Positions 36,762 through 50,800 of a stretch of 64,000 nucleotides of DNA are shown piece by piece. Positions within the stretch are counted from its first letter, which is position 1. The number at the start of each line of letters is the position of its first letter. Source of the DNA: Selaginella moellendorffii (Eukaryota > Plantae > Lycopodiophyta); contig NW_003314303.1 of the NCBI RefSeq assembly GCF_000143415.4, positions 434,460-498,459 of the forward strand. The letters are read 5' to 3'. Under the pieces are notes generated by a model. The model had not been told where the DNA came from, searched no databases, and saw nothing but the letters and a program-made list of their open reading frames with translations. The position numbers and the translations under genes were made by a program.

Positions 36762-39000
36762 TTACAAGTCGTTGGATGGTTTAACAAATGGAGTAGAAGC
36801 GACCGGCCCGAACAAAGCGTCTTCGTCATCGTCATTGTCTTCGTCTCCAAAGAGAAGGCTCGAAAGTGCGGTGCTCCGGAATGGCAGTGCCGCTGGCGGC
36901 TTGTTTAGCGTCGTTGGTGATGGACTCAGTGCTCCCAGCGTCTCGTTTGATCTCGATGGCGTCACGATTGGAGTCAGCGCTCCCGGCGTCTCGTTTGATC
37001 TCGATGGCGTCACGATTGGACTCTCGTTTGATCTCGATGGCGTCACGATTGGATTCAGTGGTTCCGGCATCTCGTTTGATCTCGATGGCGTCACGATTGG
37101 ATTCAGTGGTTCCGGCATCTCGTTTGATCTCGATGGCGTCACGATTGGATTCAGTGGTTCCGGCGTCTCGTTTGATCTCGTGGATGTTGCGATCAAGCTT
37201 GGTTGCGGTGACACCGGATTTAACTTGGACAGCTTTTCTTCTTCCTCCCCCCCCTCGTCATCCTCGTCCTCGTCTTCATCAAACAGGGACTTGTGTCTAG
37301 CAGAACTCGTGCTCGGCTCTGATGTATCTTTCGACACGAGCGCCTCGTCTGTAGAAGAAAGCCCACTCTCAAGTTTGCGTAAAGCTTATGAAATCACACC
37401 ACTCACCTGAGCTGCTCCCAGCTTTCTCGGCTGCTTGAGATCGCGATTCTCTGGAGAAAACAATTCACAAACTCAAAGGCGAACATAAAAGCTGGTAGCT
37501 TACTCTTGCCCGACGTCTGGAAACTCCGGTTGTGTGCCGGCAGGAAAAGAAAAGGATACTCGAGGTTCGTGGTGAGAGCTCGCGTCTTCCTCGCTCTCGC
37601 TCCAGTGGGAGGATTTGTCCGAAGAGCTCGCATCTGGCTGTACTGGAGGTGGAAGGATTTGAGGCTTTGCTTCTCGTCTTGCTCTCTCCTCCTCCAATTG
37701 TTGCGGAGAGTAGTGACGCTGGTCAGCTTCCCGCGCGATTTTGCCAAGTATGTCGTCAAGGGTAGCTTTTGCTTCGTTCACAATGTCATTGTTGCTCGCG
37801 CTTCCCAAGCCAGTCCTGCCATCAAACTTTAGAAAGCATGCATTGAGTGGAGCGACCAACAAAATGATACTAACTCATTTTCCGCGTTAAGATTTGCTGG
37901 TTCATATATGGGATCCATTCTTGAGCCATCGTCACCTAAGAAAACAAATCATAGACTAAATAGACAGAAAACCGATGCTTACTTGTTACATATGAAGCTC
38001 GCAGGGCCGCTTCAAGCATTGCTTTGAAGTCCATAGCAGCAGAGACGGCTGGTTCGTGGTGATCCTTGTGAACAAGAAAAAACACGAAGATAAGAGACTT
38101 AGAACGAATAAAACTCGCGCTTACTTGATCCTCAGGTGCCTCGTTACTGGGCTCTGACCATTCATCGTCCGAAATCACGCCACCGGCAACCATCTCAGCA
38201 GCCATGTTAACCCCATCCTTTTCGGCTTCAGAGTCGTATTCTCGTGTCACCGAGGTGGAGGCTTTGTGTCTCAAATCTGAACAACAAGAAAAGAAAAACT
38301 CGCTGTTCAATATTTCGAGAAATAAATGAACGAAACCTGGCAAGCCACAGTGAGGATCACGCATGAACTCCTCGCTTCCGATTATATAAGGCAAACTCCT
38401 GGGCCTCGCTTCCTGATAAGAGAAAGTAACATCTTCTCAACCACAGGAAAAGCTCGAGAGAACTGAAGAGATCTTACTCGGCTTCGAGAAAGCTTTAGAT
38501 GCTCGTTCCATGCAGTGGTAACAGCCTCCTTGTAGCGAGGAACAATATCACCCTCGTAGCTCTCCACACGCTGCGGTTCTCCATCCTTTTCTTGCTCGGG
38601 AGTCACGGTTTCGTCTTCCTCATAGACACGCTGCTCACAGAGTTGAGGCGAAATCTCTCAAACACATGAAAGGAAAAGAAAGACACTCACATTCTCAATG
38701 AACTGCGTGTTGGAGAGAAGCCTGAAAGAATTAAACGCGTTCTTTAGATCCTGCTCAACGGAGGCGGTGTGATCCGCGAGCCGATCAATCTGCGCTCGCA
38801 GATCCTCAGCTCTGCCCTTGACGCTCGCGGCAAACCTCTCCAGCCATTCCTGCAACTGGAGAGAAAAGAGAAAAAGCACAATCAACAGCTCCAGCTCGAG
38901 CACGAGAAGAGAGAAATGCTACCTGAGCACCAGATTGGAGAGAAAATCCCGATGTCGCGGAATGCTCTAGCAGCGCTCGGAGCTTCTCCCGCTCCTCCAT
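36762..39000 (-). CDS. FAM21: WASH complex subunit 2 (FAM21)-like protein, multi-exon
   Basis: N-terminal block NAFNSFRLLSNTQFIENRVYEE and LPYIIGSEEFM match the FAM21 head. The tail has LF-acidic motifs (SLFDEDEDEDD, LLFGDEDNDDDEDALFG). Confidence 0.85.
36935..37180 (-). repeat. Coding 48-bp minisatellite (PEPLNPIVTPSRSNEx), ~5 copies, one shortened
   Basis: tctcgtttgatctcgatggcgtcacgattgga recurs in the last exon of the FAM21-like gene. Confidence 0.93.
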
Positions 39001-39155
39001 TCCATGAGCCCTAGTTGACCTAGAAACAGAGCTCTAAAAGATTTTGGTCTCGAAGAGCTCCTGGCATCCCAAGTAGGAGCGAGCATGACATCCAAGAACG
39101 AGACGCTGGCGTCCGCAAAGAAGAAGAAGCCCCCTCGAGCAGCACGCAGTCCTCG

Positions 39156-39641
39156 ATGAATTGGCGGCAGCTTTGGTGTTGCGAGAATCGCATCGAGCAT
39201 TCCAAAAGCTTTAGTGTATCACAAGCAAAAGAAGCTGACAAGAACCGGGACCTTTCTTGTCGATTGAACCGCAGTCGAGCAGGACCTTATTCGTTGCCGG
39301 GGAGATCTTCGTGCTCGACGCCTTTGAGCAGCAGTGCAAGCGGCTCGCATGGAAAAGGGGCTGGCCCGCTCACGAATCGATCGCGAGGCGCCATGGATGG
39401 AAATCGTCTTGGAATGGAAGAAAAGTGTCCACCAAGTCTTCGGCAGATTTTCGGCGGATGGAAGGCTTCAAAAGCGCGAGAAGAAGCATTTCTCCTAAAA
39501 GACTACCATCAAGGAAAGAAAAAAAGCAAATGTCCTCGATCGTCATACTCCGGACAGACCCAGCTCGCGTCAGAATTCCGCAAGCGCAATGCAAATCACC
39601 ATTTATTAGTTAGAGAAAGCAAAATAGTTAAAGGTACGTAA
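39156..39641 (+). CDS. Hypothetical ORF at the edge of the retrotransposon nest, possibly a truncated gene
   Basis: 161-aa ATG ORF with gene-like GC content; no recognisable motif. Confidence 0.25.
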   Translation: MNWRQLWCCENRIEHSKSFSVSQAKEADKNRDLSCRLNRSRAGPYSLPGRSSCSTPLSSSASGSHGKGAGPLTNRSRGAMDGNRLGMEEKCPPSLRQIFGGWKASKAREEAFLLKDYHQGKKKSKCPRSSYSGQTQLASEFRKRNANHHLLVRESKIVKGT

Positions 39642-40156
39642 TTTTTATATTATTATAAGGAAACAAAAATTAAAATTGTGAAATTTTATGGTGTTATATA
39701 TTAATTTTAATTTTTAAATATTAGTTTCAATCTAAACCACTCGCTCTTGTATAAATTAAAGTTTGTAAGTTAATTAATATGTACATTTTTTTATTCCATG
39801 CATTTACATTGGTGGAGATAAGAGGTAATTTTAATTGTAATTGAGGAGTGTTTAGATTTAAGCTTTTGGTTTAAATCTAACTTTTGCATCATTTAGATTT
39901 CACTTTCCTTGTAACTTTTTTAATTTCTTTTCTTTTGTTTATTTTGTTTTCTTACTTCATCTTCATAGTAGAGCAACAGCCTTCTCTTTTAACTTTAGAG
40001 TAGCAATTGGTGTAATTATTCAATGTTATGTGGTTGTAGTTGAACAATCAGAATCAGTTAATATTAATATTCACAATGTGGTATAATTACTTTTGCTTTT
40101 GTTACAAAACCTCATATTTGGCTAAAGTTCTTTTGTAAGAATTCTATAGATGATAT

Positions 40157-40491
40157 TGTCAAGACCCCCAATAAGATCAAGACTGGAAAATGCAAAAGAC
40201 AAAGAGAAAAGCTAGTGGAAACAAAAAAGAAGCCTTAGATTGGTGTTGATTCAGATTGTGGAGAAATGGAACAAGGCTAACCTATATATACTATAGGTTG
40301 ATGAAGCTCCACCACTCTTGGATTGAGGACGGCCTAAATATAGCTGAGGTTGAGGAAGCACCACATCATCATCAGGAATGTGGCTCGAGACTCAGGAATC
40401 GTACAGGAAATCAAAGAGTCAGGAATAGGGAAGTGTCTCGAGAGTCAGGAATGTGGTTTGCAGGTTAAGAAGAATTGGGGGATTCTTGACA
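40157..40491 (-). repeat. 3' LTR of element A
   Basis: TGTCAAGA...TCTTGACA termini; purine-rich PPT-like tract adjacent on the minus strand. Confidence 0.95.
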
Positions 40492-40561
40492 GCACCCCGT
40501 CCTCAAGAACAAGTGGAACGAGGACGTGAACGAGAATGAAGAGGAGGATGAGATGAGCGGC

Positions 40562-43500
40562 TGTAGCGCACGTGGTTTTGACCCTTTATCCTATGGTGAT
40601 TTACCATAGGATAACACCACGAAGCGGAACCTAAACCCTCTTTGTGCCACGTGACAGATGCCACGTGTCACATACCACGTGTCCATGCCACGTGTCCATA
40701 GGAACCCGAGGTTCAGGGCCTTGGGCCACTGAACGAAGGAACGGTGCCAAACTCCCAAGCGTGACGCCAAGGAGTGATGGAACCGGACCACGGAGCAACT
40801 CCCGAGCATATAGCCCAAGGAGCGAAGGGACAGGAGCCCGGAGCGACTTGGAACAGTCCTGAAGCAACCAACATCCCAATGCCAGGACCAGCACGCAAAA
40901 CGGAGCCAAACGGAGTCTGGCGCTATTTCGGCATACCGGTGGCCTAACGTGAGAGTATGGGTACTCCACCAGCTAGCATGGAATGGAACTTGGGCTTAGA
41001 CCCAAGCCGGACGCAGAACAAGGACAGGCACGCAAGCGGGAGCTAGACTATGCCTCAGGTTGGTCGGCCATGCCCGACCTACCCACTATCCCTACTATAC
41101 ATTTGGAACCCCCCATAGCCCCCCCCCCCTTGAGGAACACACGCTTTGGGCTTTCACCCCAAGCCTCCCTTAGTATCAGGAGTTAGTCTCTGGGACAAGC
41201 TTAAAACTTACTAAATATGGAATGTCCTTAGAATGCGAATTTGGACACAGGACGAACACCATTGTGTTCAGGCCGACCTCTACATTCCGTAGATATGCCA
41301 AATGAGCGAATCTAGACACTTTCCATAAATAGCATTTGGGACCGAAATGAGACTAACACAAAGGGCATGATAGCGAGGGTGTTTGGCAGACACGGTAAGC
41401 TATCATGTAGCGATATTGAGGGACCAATCTCAATACGCGAGGGTTCTTGTCAAGCCAGTGCAAGACAGAGCAAAAGAGAACTAAAAAGCCAGGCCAAGTA
41501 TGCTTGGCTGAATAGACACTTAGGAATTCCGTCCTTATGCTCATTCGGCCAAGTACAGATGCAAAGTCCAGTTTACTAACACTTGAACAAGAGGGGCTGA
41601 TAAAGGGTCCAGCAATACCGACCTCCTGCCATCGTGGCAGTAAGGAAAGAGTGTCCGTAAGGACTAGCCGACAGGTAACTTTCGATACCCGAAGTCACAT
41701 GCGCGACACTCTCCCCCCCTTGGGAAGATCGACGTCCTCGTCGATGCATACTCGAGTCTAGAATACCGCGAAGGAAACAACTCCATAAAAAGTTCACGGT
41801 ACTCACACTATGTGAGAAATGCACCAACTTAAATGAGTTAGGGAGTAACCTCTTTGTCTAACGCGGATGCGCTACCAGCTCAGACACCTTCCGGCCGTCG
41901 CCGACAAGGAAATGACCAACGGAGTCAGCCACCCCTGCTGCTCTGGGAGTCACCCAGCTTACAAAAGTGTGATATGCCCTGCCCGCAGAGACATAGAGAG
42001 AGAAGCCAGAGGCCCCAACCCTCCTGAGCAAAGAAACCAAACCCGTCGGTAAGGTTTAGATAGACTACTGTCAACAGGCAGTTTAGAGTTGTTTACACGG
42101 TCACGCCCTTTCACGGAACAAGGAACATCGACAAAGAGGCGGGTTATGTGACCAGTCGACAATAGCTACCCCATGACTAGAGATTTCACCATGCACACGA
42201 AGTGCCGAAGCCAGTCTGCCTATACTGGCCCAAACTCAAAGATCAATAGATGGACAATATCAAAGTCATAGACAATGATATTTTAGAGATTTAATTATCA
42301 GGGAATAAAGCTTAGATTAGAACACAAAAGTATTCCAAGTAAGTTATCATCCGATAAACTAGTATTACAGTATAGGAACCACCAAGATCACTATCATTGG
42401 AAAACATAGGAATGACCATCCAACAAAATTCAATAGCTAGTATATCATCAAGGAAACTCAATGATGAAACTTAACTATCGAAGATAGTAGACAGTAAGCC
42501 AACAACTTACTAGAGAGAACTCAAAGAACACAAAGTATCATTGACTAACAAGCACAATGCTCGCGAATGTATCACCCAAGGGAAATAACATCCAAATCTA
42601 TCAAAACTAACTTGAGCAACAATCAACAGGAGAAAATGAATGCGGTAAGACCAACAAACACTCATTCCTGCCAACTATCACAAAAGCCAATCTGAATAGA
42701 TCCCAGCCAACAATACCAAGGAACTCAAGTTGCCTAAGCAAGTGTCAGCAACATCCTACTGACGTCTCAAACCCAAGAGACCAATCCAAAGCAAACCACA
42801 AAGAACATGTGGTATTGCAAAAAGCCATAAGCCATCAAAGAGAACAACTAACTATCATGAAAGATCGTCAATCAGCCCATCAATGTAGTGATGTATAATC
42901 ATTGTTGAAGAAAGAATTTACCATCCCGAAGAATAGCAAATAATTCCAAACCAACAATAATCAAGCAAAACTTGTGATAAGGACAATCAACTACCCTAGA
43001 TGATAGTCAATCATCACCAATGATTGCCAGATGCAAAAACCAACTTCAACATCGAAGCTAATGAGCCAAAATGCCTTCCCCAACAACTTCTAACAAATGG
43101 AACAATGAGCACAAAACTCAAAGAACCAAAAGCTCGAAGAAGCCTATAACTAAGTCTTGCCTAATAATGATCACGAGTCTCATAGAAGCTAACTTCAATG
43201 CTAAAGAAGAAATCATGGTGCAACCCACAATATCTTCCTCAACACATCCATAAGCCAAACTTCATAATGCCAAAGCTAATGAAGAGCATTTCTGCATCAA
43301 TCCAAAAGCTAAGCATAACGAAGCTATGCTTAACAAGTGATCACCAAACGATCCTCCATGAATCCATCTATAGCAAGACGTAACTCACTTCATAGCAAGC
43401 ACAAGAAGAATCATTAATGATTGATATATCTCAATTGAAATCCAAGAAGGATTCAATCACTTCAATGCCAATCACTAACTCTTCCTCTTATAGAGGTAGC

Positions 43501-46500
43501 ATTGTTCACGACTAAATCACTTTTCAAGGAAAAGCTAAAGCTCAACCTCAACTAAGCAATCTCGTCTAGAACACAACTAACCCAAACTTGCCACTCAGTT
43601 CATTTGAATGTCAATACAGTTGCTAACTAGCAATTGCACGAATGCCAACAACACAAAGCTATAGCCAAATCATCAACACTATCTTCATCAAGACTAACGA
43701 AACTCGACATCAATCTTGCGGAGAGACATCTCATTTCACTGAAATCTCAATATCAACAATATCAATGACAAGGCATCACTTCAATGCCATCAACAACAGA
43801 ACAAAGCTAGCAGAAAGCAAGAGTGAATCACCACTCGAAGCTTTCCAGCAACCAAGCTAACCAAAGTCGAAGATACTATACTTAGTATCCGAGACCAATC
43901 CTTCAGCAAAACTCAGTTACAGATAACACATCATCAAGGAATGATTCACCACGTCCAAGACTCAATGAAATCCAACACTACGGACTAAATGTAACCAAAT
44001 GATATCGACAGAGGTAGAGTCGACATGTCAACATGGAAAACCCATGTATGTCTAACGACACGATCCTCCGCAACACTATTCGGTAAAGCAAGCCCACCAC
44101 TGCTAAATCATCATCGAGCAAAGCAAGTGTCAACGGTCCTTGATGAAGTCTACAAGTAATCACTAGTCGCAAAGCAACTAACAATCACTCCTCAACTTGC
44201 CTTCACAAGACCCGAACACTAACTCATGTCATCGAGTTACATACTTATCCAACATGAATATAATACCCCAGGTACGAGATAAAAGTTCATAAACAAGCAC
44301 AAACTAAATGACCACTCGAATCCAACTCAACCGTAATAAGCTCACTAAAACATTTAGCCACTAGCTCTGAGCATGCCTTGAAGAGGCTAGCTATGCATGA
44401 TCAACACTCAGTCGAAACTAAAGTGAAGACCATGAGATGAACTCACATCGGTACACAACCTCCTCATAGACAAAACTATAGTACAGGTACCAACATCTCA
44501 ACCTCAAACAACTAAGTTGGACATCACCATCCTTAGCCAAGGTGCAGGGCTGCCAAGACTAAGTCAAGATCAGTGAGAGCTCACTACTCTCATAGAGTCT
44601 TAGCGAAATGCAAGGTGCAACCTGCCACCGAGCATAATGCTACAAAAGAAAGGCATAAGAGTCACCTTTCTTAGAAAAGTGCAGCGGCCACTTTTCTACA
44701 CCAACTCCAGACTCTATCCAACTCAATTGCTTTAGCCCCAAAAGTTAGCATCCCTTTCGGGTCACATCATACAAACTACCTACTAAGATCTAAGCCAACC
44801 GAAGTCAACTCCAACCCCTTCACTAGTTTGTACTGGCTTTCGAAAATGGAATGGTTTTCGAGCAAAGTGATCAATAGATCAGCCATTGGAAAAGTCTAAG
44901 AAAATTTGTGGAAAATTTTCCATCCTAGAGAAAGAATGACTCTCAGTCCAGGAATGCAAACTTTCAGGACTCAACCAACTTCCTCCTACCAACAACTTCA
45001 CATAGATTCACCTCAACACAAATTCTCATGACCCAATAGCATGCTTAAGCATCGAACATCTTTGCCCATTTTCCTGACATCCAACTCCGACATCCGCAAA
45101 GTGCAAAATGAACATCCAAGGCTTGATCACGAAGACCACATCTTCGGATATCCACATTTGCACTAACACTCTTCTTCAATCATCTTCAAGATCCAATATG
45201 AAGCCAAAACACTAACAAGAAAAATGACATGGAAAAATCAAGGTCCAAGGAAAATTCCTCATCACTCGAATCAATAATGCCACTTCCACTAACACAAGTG
45301 CTAGTGACGTCAATGCCCCAACTCCACATCTTCTCCATCCAACAATCTACTCCAAGTGCTAACGGATCAACCGACAAGCTATAGCAAATGAATGCTACAA
45401 CCCTTTTCCAACACATTAGTGGGCAAACTTAAGGAAACAAGGTACCTACTTAAGCTTAGCATAATGGACCACTATAGAGAATCCAATCAAAGCTACTACA
45501 ATGCTACTTCGTGTAAGTAGACTAGCTTGTCCATCAACCACTTTGGGGTTGATCATCATTTACCCAAGCAACTTCGTAAACACATTGCTCATTATCACAT
45601 GGATATGATATAAATCACAATGACTTGATCATCAATTGAGTAACGCAATGAGCAAGGCTTATGTCATTACTTCAAACGTTCATGTGAATATCAAATGCCA
45701 ACTCGATTCGACAAAATGTAACATAAATGCCACACTCCACCAATAGAGGTTTACGACACCCAACACCACTAACTTTTGTTCACAACACGGAAAAGCTCAT
45801 GCCACTCTCTTTCCGACCAAACTCAACACTAATCCAACACCAAGCTACTCAAGGAGCAATAGCAAGGTTCCTCGAAAAAGAATTGAGCATTGCAACCCAA
45901 GTCTTCCAATAGCAAGCTTAGACAAAATGGTTTAGCGCTTCACCGCTATCCATCCCACAACTCACTATTTGTAAGACTATCATTTCCAACACGCATCAAG
46001 ATAGGGACTCTTGATTGCATAATATGAACATAAGCAATGAGTTAACACCTCGTTGCGAATCATTTCTCCAAAAGAGAAGATGATTTACGTATTTGATCCT
46101 CCATCCCTGATGACTCTCTTTTCGGTCTCAACTTTGACCAAACCTCAAGCTTGCTTTCACACCGCCTTCAGTTCAATCGAAGAAAAGTTTATGAGAGAGC
46201 ACGGTCATGATTACTTGAACCAATAGATTAATCCCTATAGTCTTGATTGATCCACTTATAATCATGCCTAGGAAGGATCCACTAGTGCCGTGCTAAACAG
46301 CTACGGACCAGCCTATTTGCCACTCATAGCAAACTCAGGGAAAGTTTACTTTCACCCACGGTATATGGAACAACTCATGGAACCACCGATAGGCTAACAT
46401 TAATCCTGCCAACTCTAAGTGTAACCTTGAGTTGCTAATGTGCCTCACTCACGAGCCCAAGCGCAAACTCGTGCTACTGAAACAACTCAAGCCTTCCTAT

Positions 46501-47837
46501 GAGCCCAAGAGCAAGCTTATATAATACGGTACAAAACGGTAACCAAATCCATACTCAAGGAACAATTGCGAAGTCTTTGCACCAAAACGTGTACCCACTC
46601 GGATCATCATTTTCATCTCTGCGTATGCAACAAGACTAGTTGCCCAATCTCATTGAATAGTACTCGCTGAGACTCATCCTCTGATACCAAATGTAGCGCA
46701 CGTGGTTTTGACCCTTTATCCTATGGTGATTTACCATAGGATAACACCACGAAGCGGAACCTAAACCCTCTTTGTGCCACGTGACAGATGCCACGTGTCA
46801 CATACCACGTGTCCATGCCACGTGTCCATAGGAACCCGAGGTTCAGGGCCTTGGGCCACTGAACGAAGGAACGGTGCCAAACTCCCAAGCGTGACGCCAA
46901 GGAGTGATGGAACCGGACCACGGAGCAACTCCCGAGCATATAGCCCAAGGAGCAAAGGGACAGGAGCCCGGAGCGACTTGGAACAGTCCTGAAGCAACCA
47001 ACATCCCAATGCCAGGACCAGCACGCAAAACGGAGCCAAACGGAGTCTGGCGCTATTTCGGCATACCGGTGGCCTAACGTGAGAGTATGGGTACTCCACC
47101 AGCTAGCATGGAATGGAACTTGGGCTTAGACCCAAGCCGGACGCAGAACAAGGACAGGCACGCAAGCGGGAGCTAGACTATGCCTCAGGTTGGTCGGCCA
47201 TGCCCGACCTACCCACTATCCCTACTATACATTTGGAACCCCCCATAGCCCCCCCCCCTTGAGGAACACACGCTTTGGGCTTTCACCCCAAGCCTCCCTT
47301 AGTATCAGGAGTTAGTCTCTGGGACAAGCTTAAAACTTACTAAATATGGAATGTCCTTAGAATGCGAATTTGGACACAGGACGAACACCATTGTGTTCAG
47401 GCCGACCTCTACATTCCGTAGATATGCCAAATGAGCGAATCTAGACACTTTCCATAAATAGCATTTGGGACCGAAATGAGACTAACACAAAGGGCATGAT
47501 AGCGAGGGTGTTTGGCAGACACGGTAAGCTATCATGTAGCGATATTGAGGGACCAATCTCAATACGCGAGGGTTCTTGTCAAGCCAGTGCAAGACAGAGC
47601 AAAAGAGAACTAAAAAGCCAGGCCAAGTATGCTTGGCTGAATAGACACTTAGGAATTCCGTCCTTATGCTCATCCGGCCAAGTACAGATGCAAAGTCCAG
47701 TTTACTAACACTTGAACAAGAGGGGCTGATAAAGGGTCCAGCAATACCGACCTCCTGCCATCGTGGCAGTAAGGAAAGAGTGTCCGTAAGGACTAGCCGA
47801 CAGGTAACTTTCGATACCCGAAGTCACATGCGCGACA
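40562..47837 (-). mobile_element. Element B: young non-autonomous LTR retrotransposon (LARD-like) nested in A, TSD GCGGC
   Basis: LTRs 40562-41708 and 46692-47837 (TG..CA, ~3 differences by eye). TSD GCGGC at 40557-40561 and 47838-47842. iMet-type PBS TGGTATCAGAG (~46679-46689, minus). PPT at ~41709-41721. No long internal ORF. Confidence 0.95.
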
Positions 47838-50800
47838 GCGGCGAGGGATGGGAGATGGAGAAAAAGAATAAGGACTGGGATGAGAAGGATAGCGGCGGTG
47901 GAAGTCTTGAACAAGGTTAGGAGAATGAATTAGGTTGTCCATAGGTTCCCAAGTGCGTTCCTCAGGTCCATAACCCTTCCAGTCGACCAGATAGTAGAGT
48001 TTAGACTGTGAAATCTTGGAATCAAGGATGTCCTGAACCTCGTACTTAGACCCATCCTCGAGCTGCACTGGTGGAGGCGGAGGAATGACCCGATTTGGAA
48101 TAGGACTGGGAATATAAGGCTCAAGGAGAGAGGAGTGAAAAACGGGGTGAATTTGATATGAGGAGGGAAGTGCAAGGCGATAAGTGATAGGATTAATGAT
48201 GGCAGTGATAGGGAAAGGACTGAGGCGTTTGAAATCAAGTTTTGGATAGGGCCTGGTAATGGAGATATTTCGCTTGAGGAGCCAGACTTTATCCCCGATA
48301 TTGTAAGGGGGACAATCCTGACAATGGACATTGGCAAATGTTTTGTGAGATTCCTGAGCATGATGGAGGTGGAAGGAGATGGAGTTGTGGATTTCTTGGA
48401 GGTTGGAGACAAATGCCTTAGAGCGGGGATTTGAACGAGAGGATTCGGATGGAGAAGGAAGTGAGAGATTGAATCGGGGATTTCGGCCAGAGTTCGCAAA
48501 GAAGGGGGAAATTCGAAGAGAGGAGTGAACAGAGTTGTTATAGGAGAACTCAGCAAGGGGAAGGATATCGAACCAGTTATTCTGATGATAGTTGATGAAG
48601 CACCTCAAGAATTGTTCCAATGTTTGAATCATTCACTCAGACTGTCCATCAGTTTGAGGATGATACGCTGAAGAGAGGTTGGCCTTCACTCCAAGCAGCT
48701 GCAAAAACCGTTACCAGAAATGAGAGATGAATTGAGGTCCCCGATCCGAAACCACATCTGTAGGAATCCCATGAAGTCGGAAAATTTCCCTAAATACCAG
48801 TTTTGCCATGTCCTCACCTGAAAACTCCTTGGTACAAGGCAGGAAGTGAGCCATCTTTGTGAAGCAATCCACCACGACTAAAATGCTGTTGAAGCCTCCA
48901 AAACTTGGAAGATCACTCAAGAAATCCATGGAGATGGATTCCCAAGGACCTGAAGGGACCGGGAGGGAACGAAGCAAACCTGAAGGAAGGTGGCGAGGTA
49001 CCTTATTCTGGGCGCAAGTGTCACAGGAGGTAACAAAAGCTTTGATGTAGTTGTCCATGTGAGGCCACCAAAAGTCTCGTACAACTAGCTCATAGGTTTT
49101 CGCAATGCCGAAGTGACCAGCAGTCAGGCTATCGTGGCATGCCATCAGGACCAACCTTTGAGCATCACCTTCAGGAACGTAAAGCTGCTCCCCATGGTAC
49201 AATAAGCCATCTAAGAACTCGAACTCGTCAAATCGCCGGCAGTCGGGAGTCACTGGGTGTCTAGCTTGAAGATGGGGGAAAATGTCGCTGGCGAGATCAT
49301 CGGATTGAAGAGCGTTTCTGATTGCATCCATCAAGGAGGAGTACTGAGGAGCCAGGGAAATTGCCATAACTTGAAGTCGATCAGGACCGAGGATAACTTG
49401 ATTCTGTTGATCGAAGGTAGGATTACCAAGCCTAAGACTGAGATAAGAGCGCCTTGAAAGAGCATTAGGAAGGCCTTGAAGCTTTCCAGGTCTATACTTG
49501 ATAACAAAGTCAAACTGACTCAGGAATTGTGCCCACCTTGCTTAACGACGGCTCAAAACTCGGGAAGTGGCAAAGTACTCGAGATTTTTGTGATCCGTCC
49601 AGACTGTTGTTTGATGGCCCGCCCCCTCCAAGAAACGGTGCCACTCTCCAAAGGAATCCACGATGGCAAGGAGCTCTTTGTCGTGGATTTCGTAATTGAT
49701 CTCCATAGGTTGGAATTTTTGAGAATGGAAAGCGACTGAATGAAGTTCTTGATCCACGCCGAGTTAAGACAACACAGCACTGATGGCAAAGTCGGAGGCG
49801 TCAGCCTCGATGAAGAAAGGCTATGAGAGATCAGCGTGGATCAAGATGGGAGCAGAACTGAAGGCCGCCTTAAGTGTGTCGAAGGCTTGCTGGGCAGCAG
49901 CAGACCAAGAGAAGGGAACATCCTTGCGAGTGAGATGCGTGAGAGGAAGGACAATGTTAGAGTAGTGATCAATGAATTTGCGGTAGAAATTGGCGAAGCC
50001 AAGGAAAACCTGAACGTCCGACATTGATTGTGGAGGCTCCCATTCGAGAATAGTCTTGACTTTGGTAGGATCCATCGTGATACCCTCAGGAGTGACAATA
50101 TACCCAAAGAAATCCACAGACTGCTGATCGAAGGAACATTTCTCAAGCTTCGCGTATAGGCTGTGTTCTCGCAGCTTTGCCAGCACCTTGCGTACATGTT
50201 CGTCGTGCTCCTTCTGAGTTTCTGAGTAGATGAGGATATCATCGAGGTAGACGATCACCATCTGATCAAGAAACTCTAGAAAGACGTCGTTCACCATGTG
50301 TTGGAAAACTGTTGAAGCATTTGTCAAGCCAAATGGCATGACAGTGTACTTGAAGTGGCCATAACGGGTTCAGAACGCAGTCTTCCATTCATCACTAGGC
50401 CGGATCCGGATCAGGTTGTATGCTCCATGGAGGTTGATCTTGGTGAAGAAGCAGGCACCACCGAGGTGTTCCAGCAGGTCCGAGATCAGGGGCAACGGAT
50501 AACGTTTCGAATAGTCACCTTGTTCAAACCTCGGTAGTCAATGACTAGCGCAAACTCTCATCCTTCTTCTTGACAAAGAAGACAGGTGCTCCAGCCGGGG
50601 ACTGCGAATGCTGAATGTACCCCGAGGCAAGGTTCTCATCCACGTACTCTTTGAGGGCCTTAAGCTCGGACGGGGATAACCCGTAGATAGGCCCCCACGG
50701 AGGTGAGGCTCCTTCTTGTAAATCAATGGGACAGTCATAAGGCCAATGAACAAGCAGTACACTAGCTTTCTTCTTGTCAAACACATCCCCAAAATCATGA

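Noticed and set aside
41709-46691. Copia, gypsy or env assignment for element B
   Set aside because: No convincing RT, integrase or env motif visible by eye.
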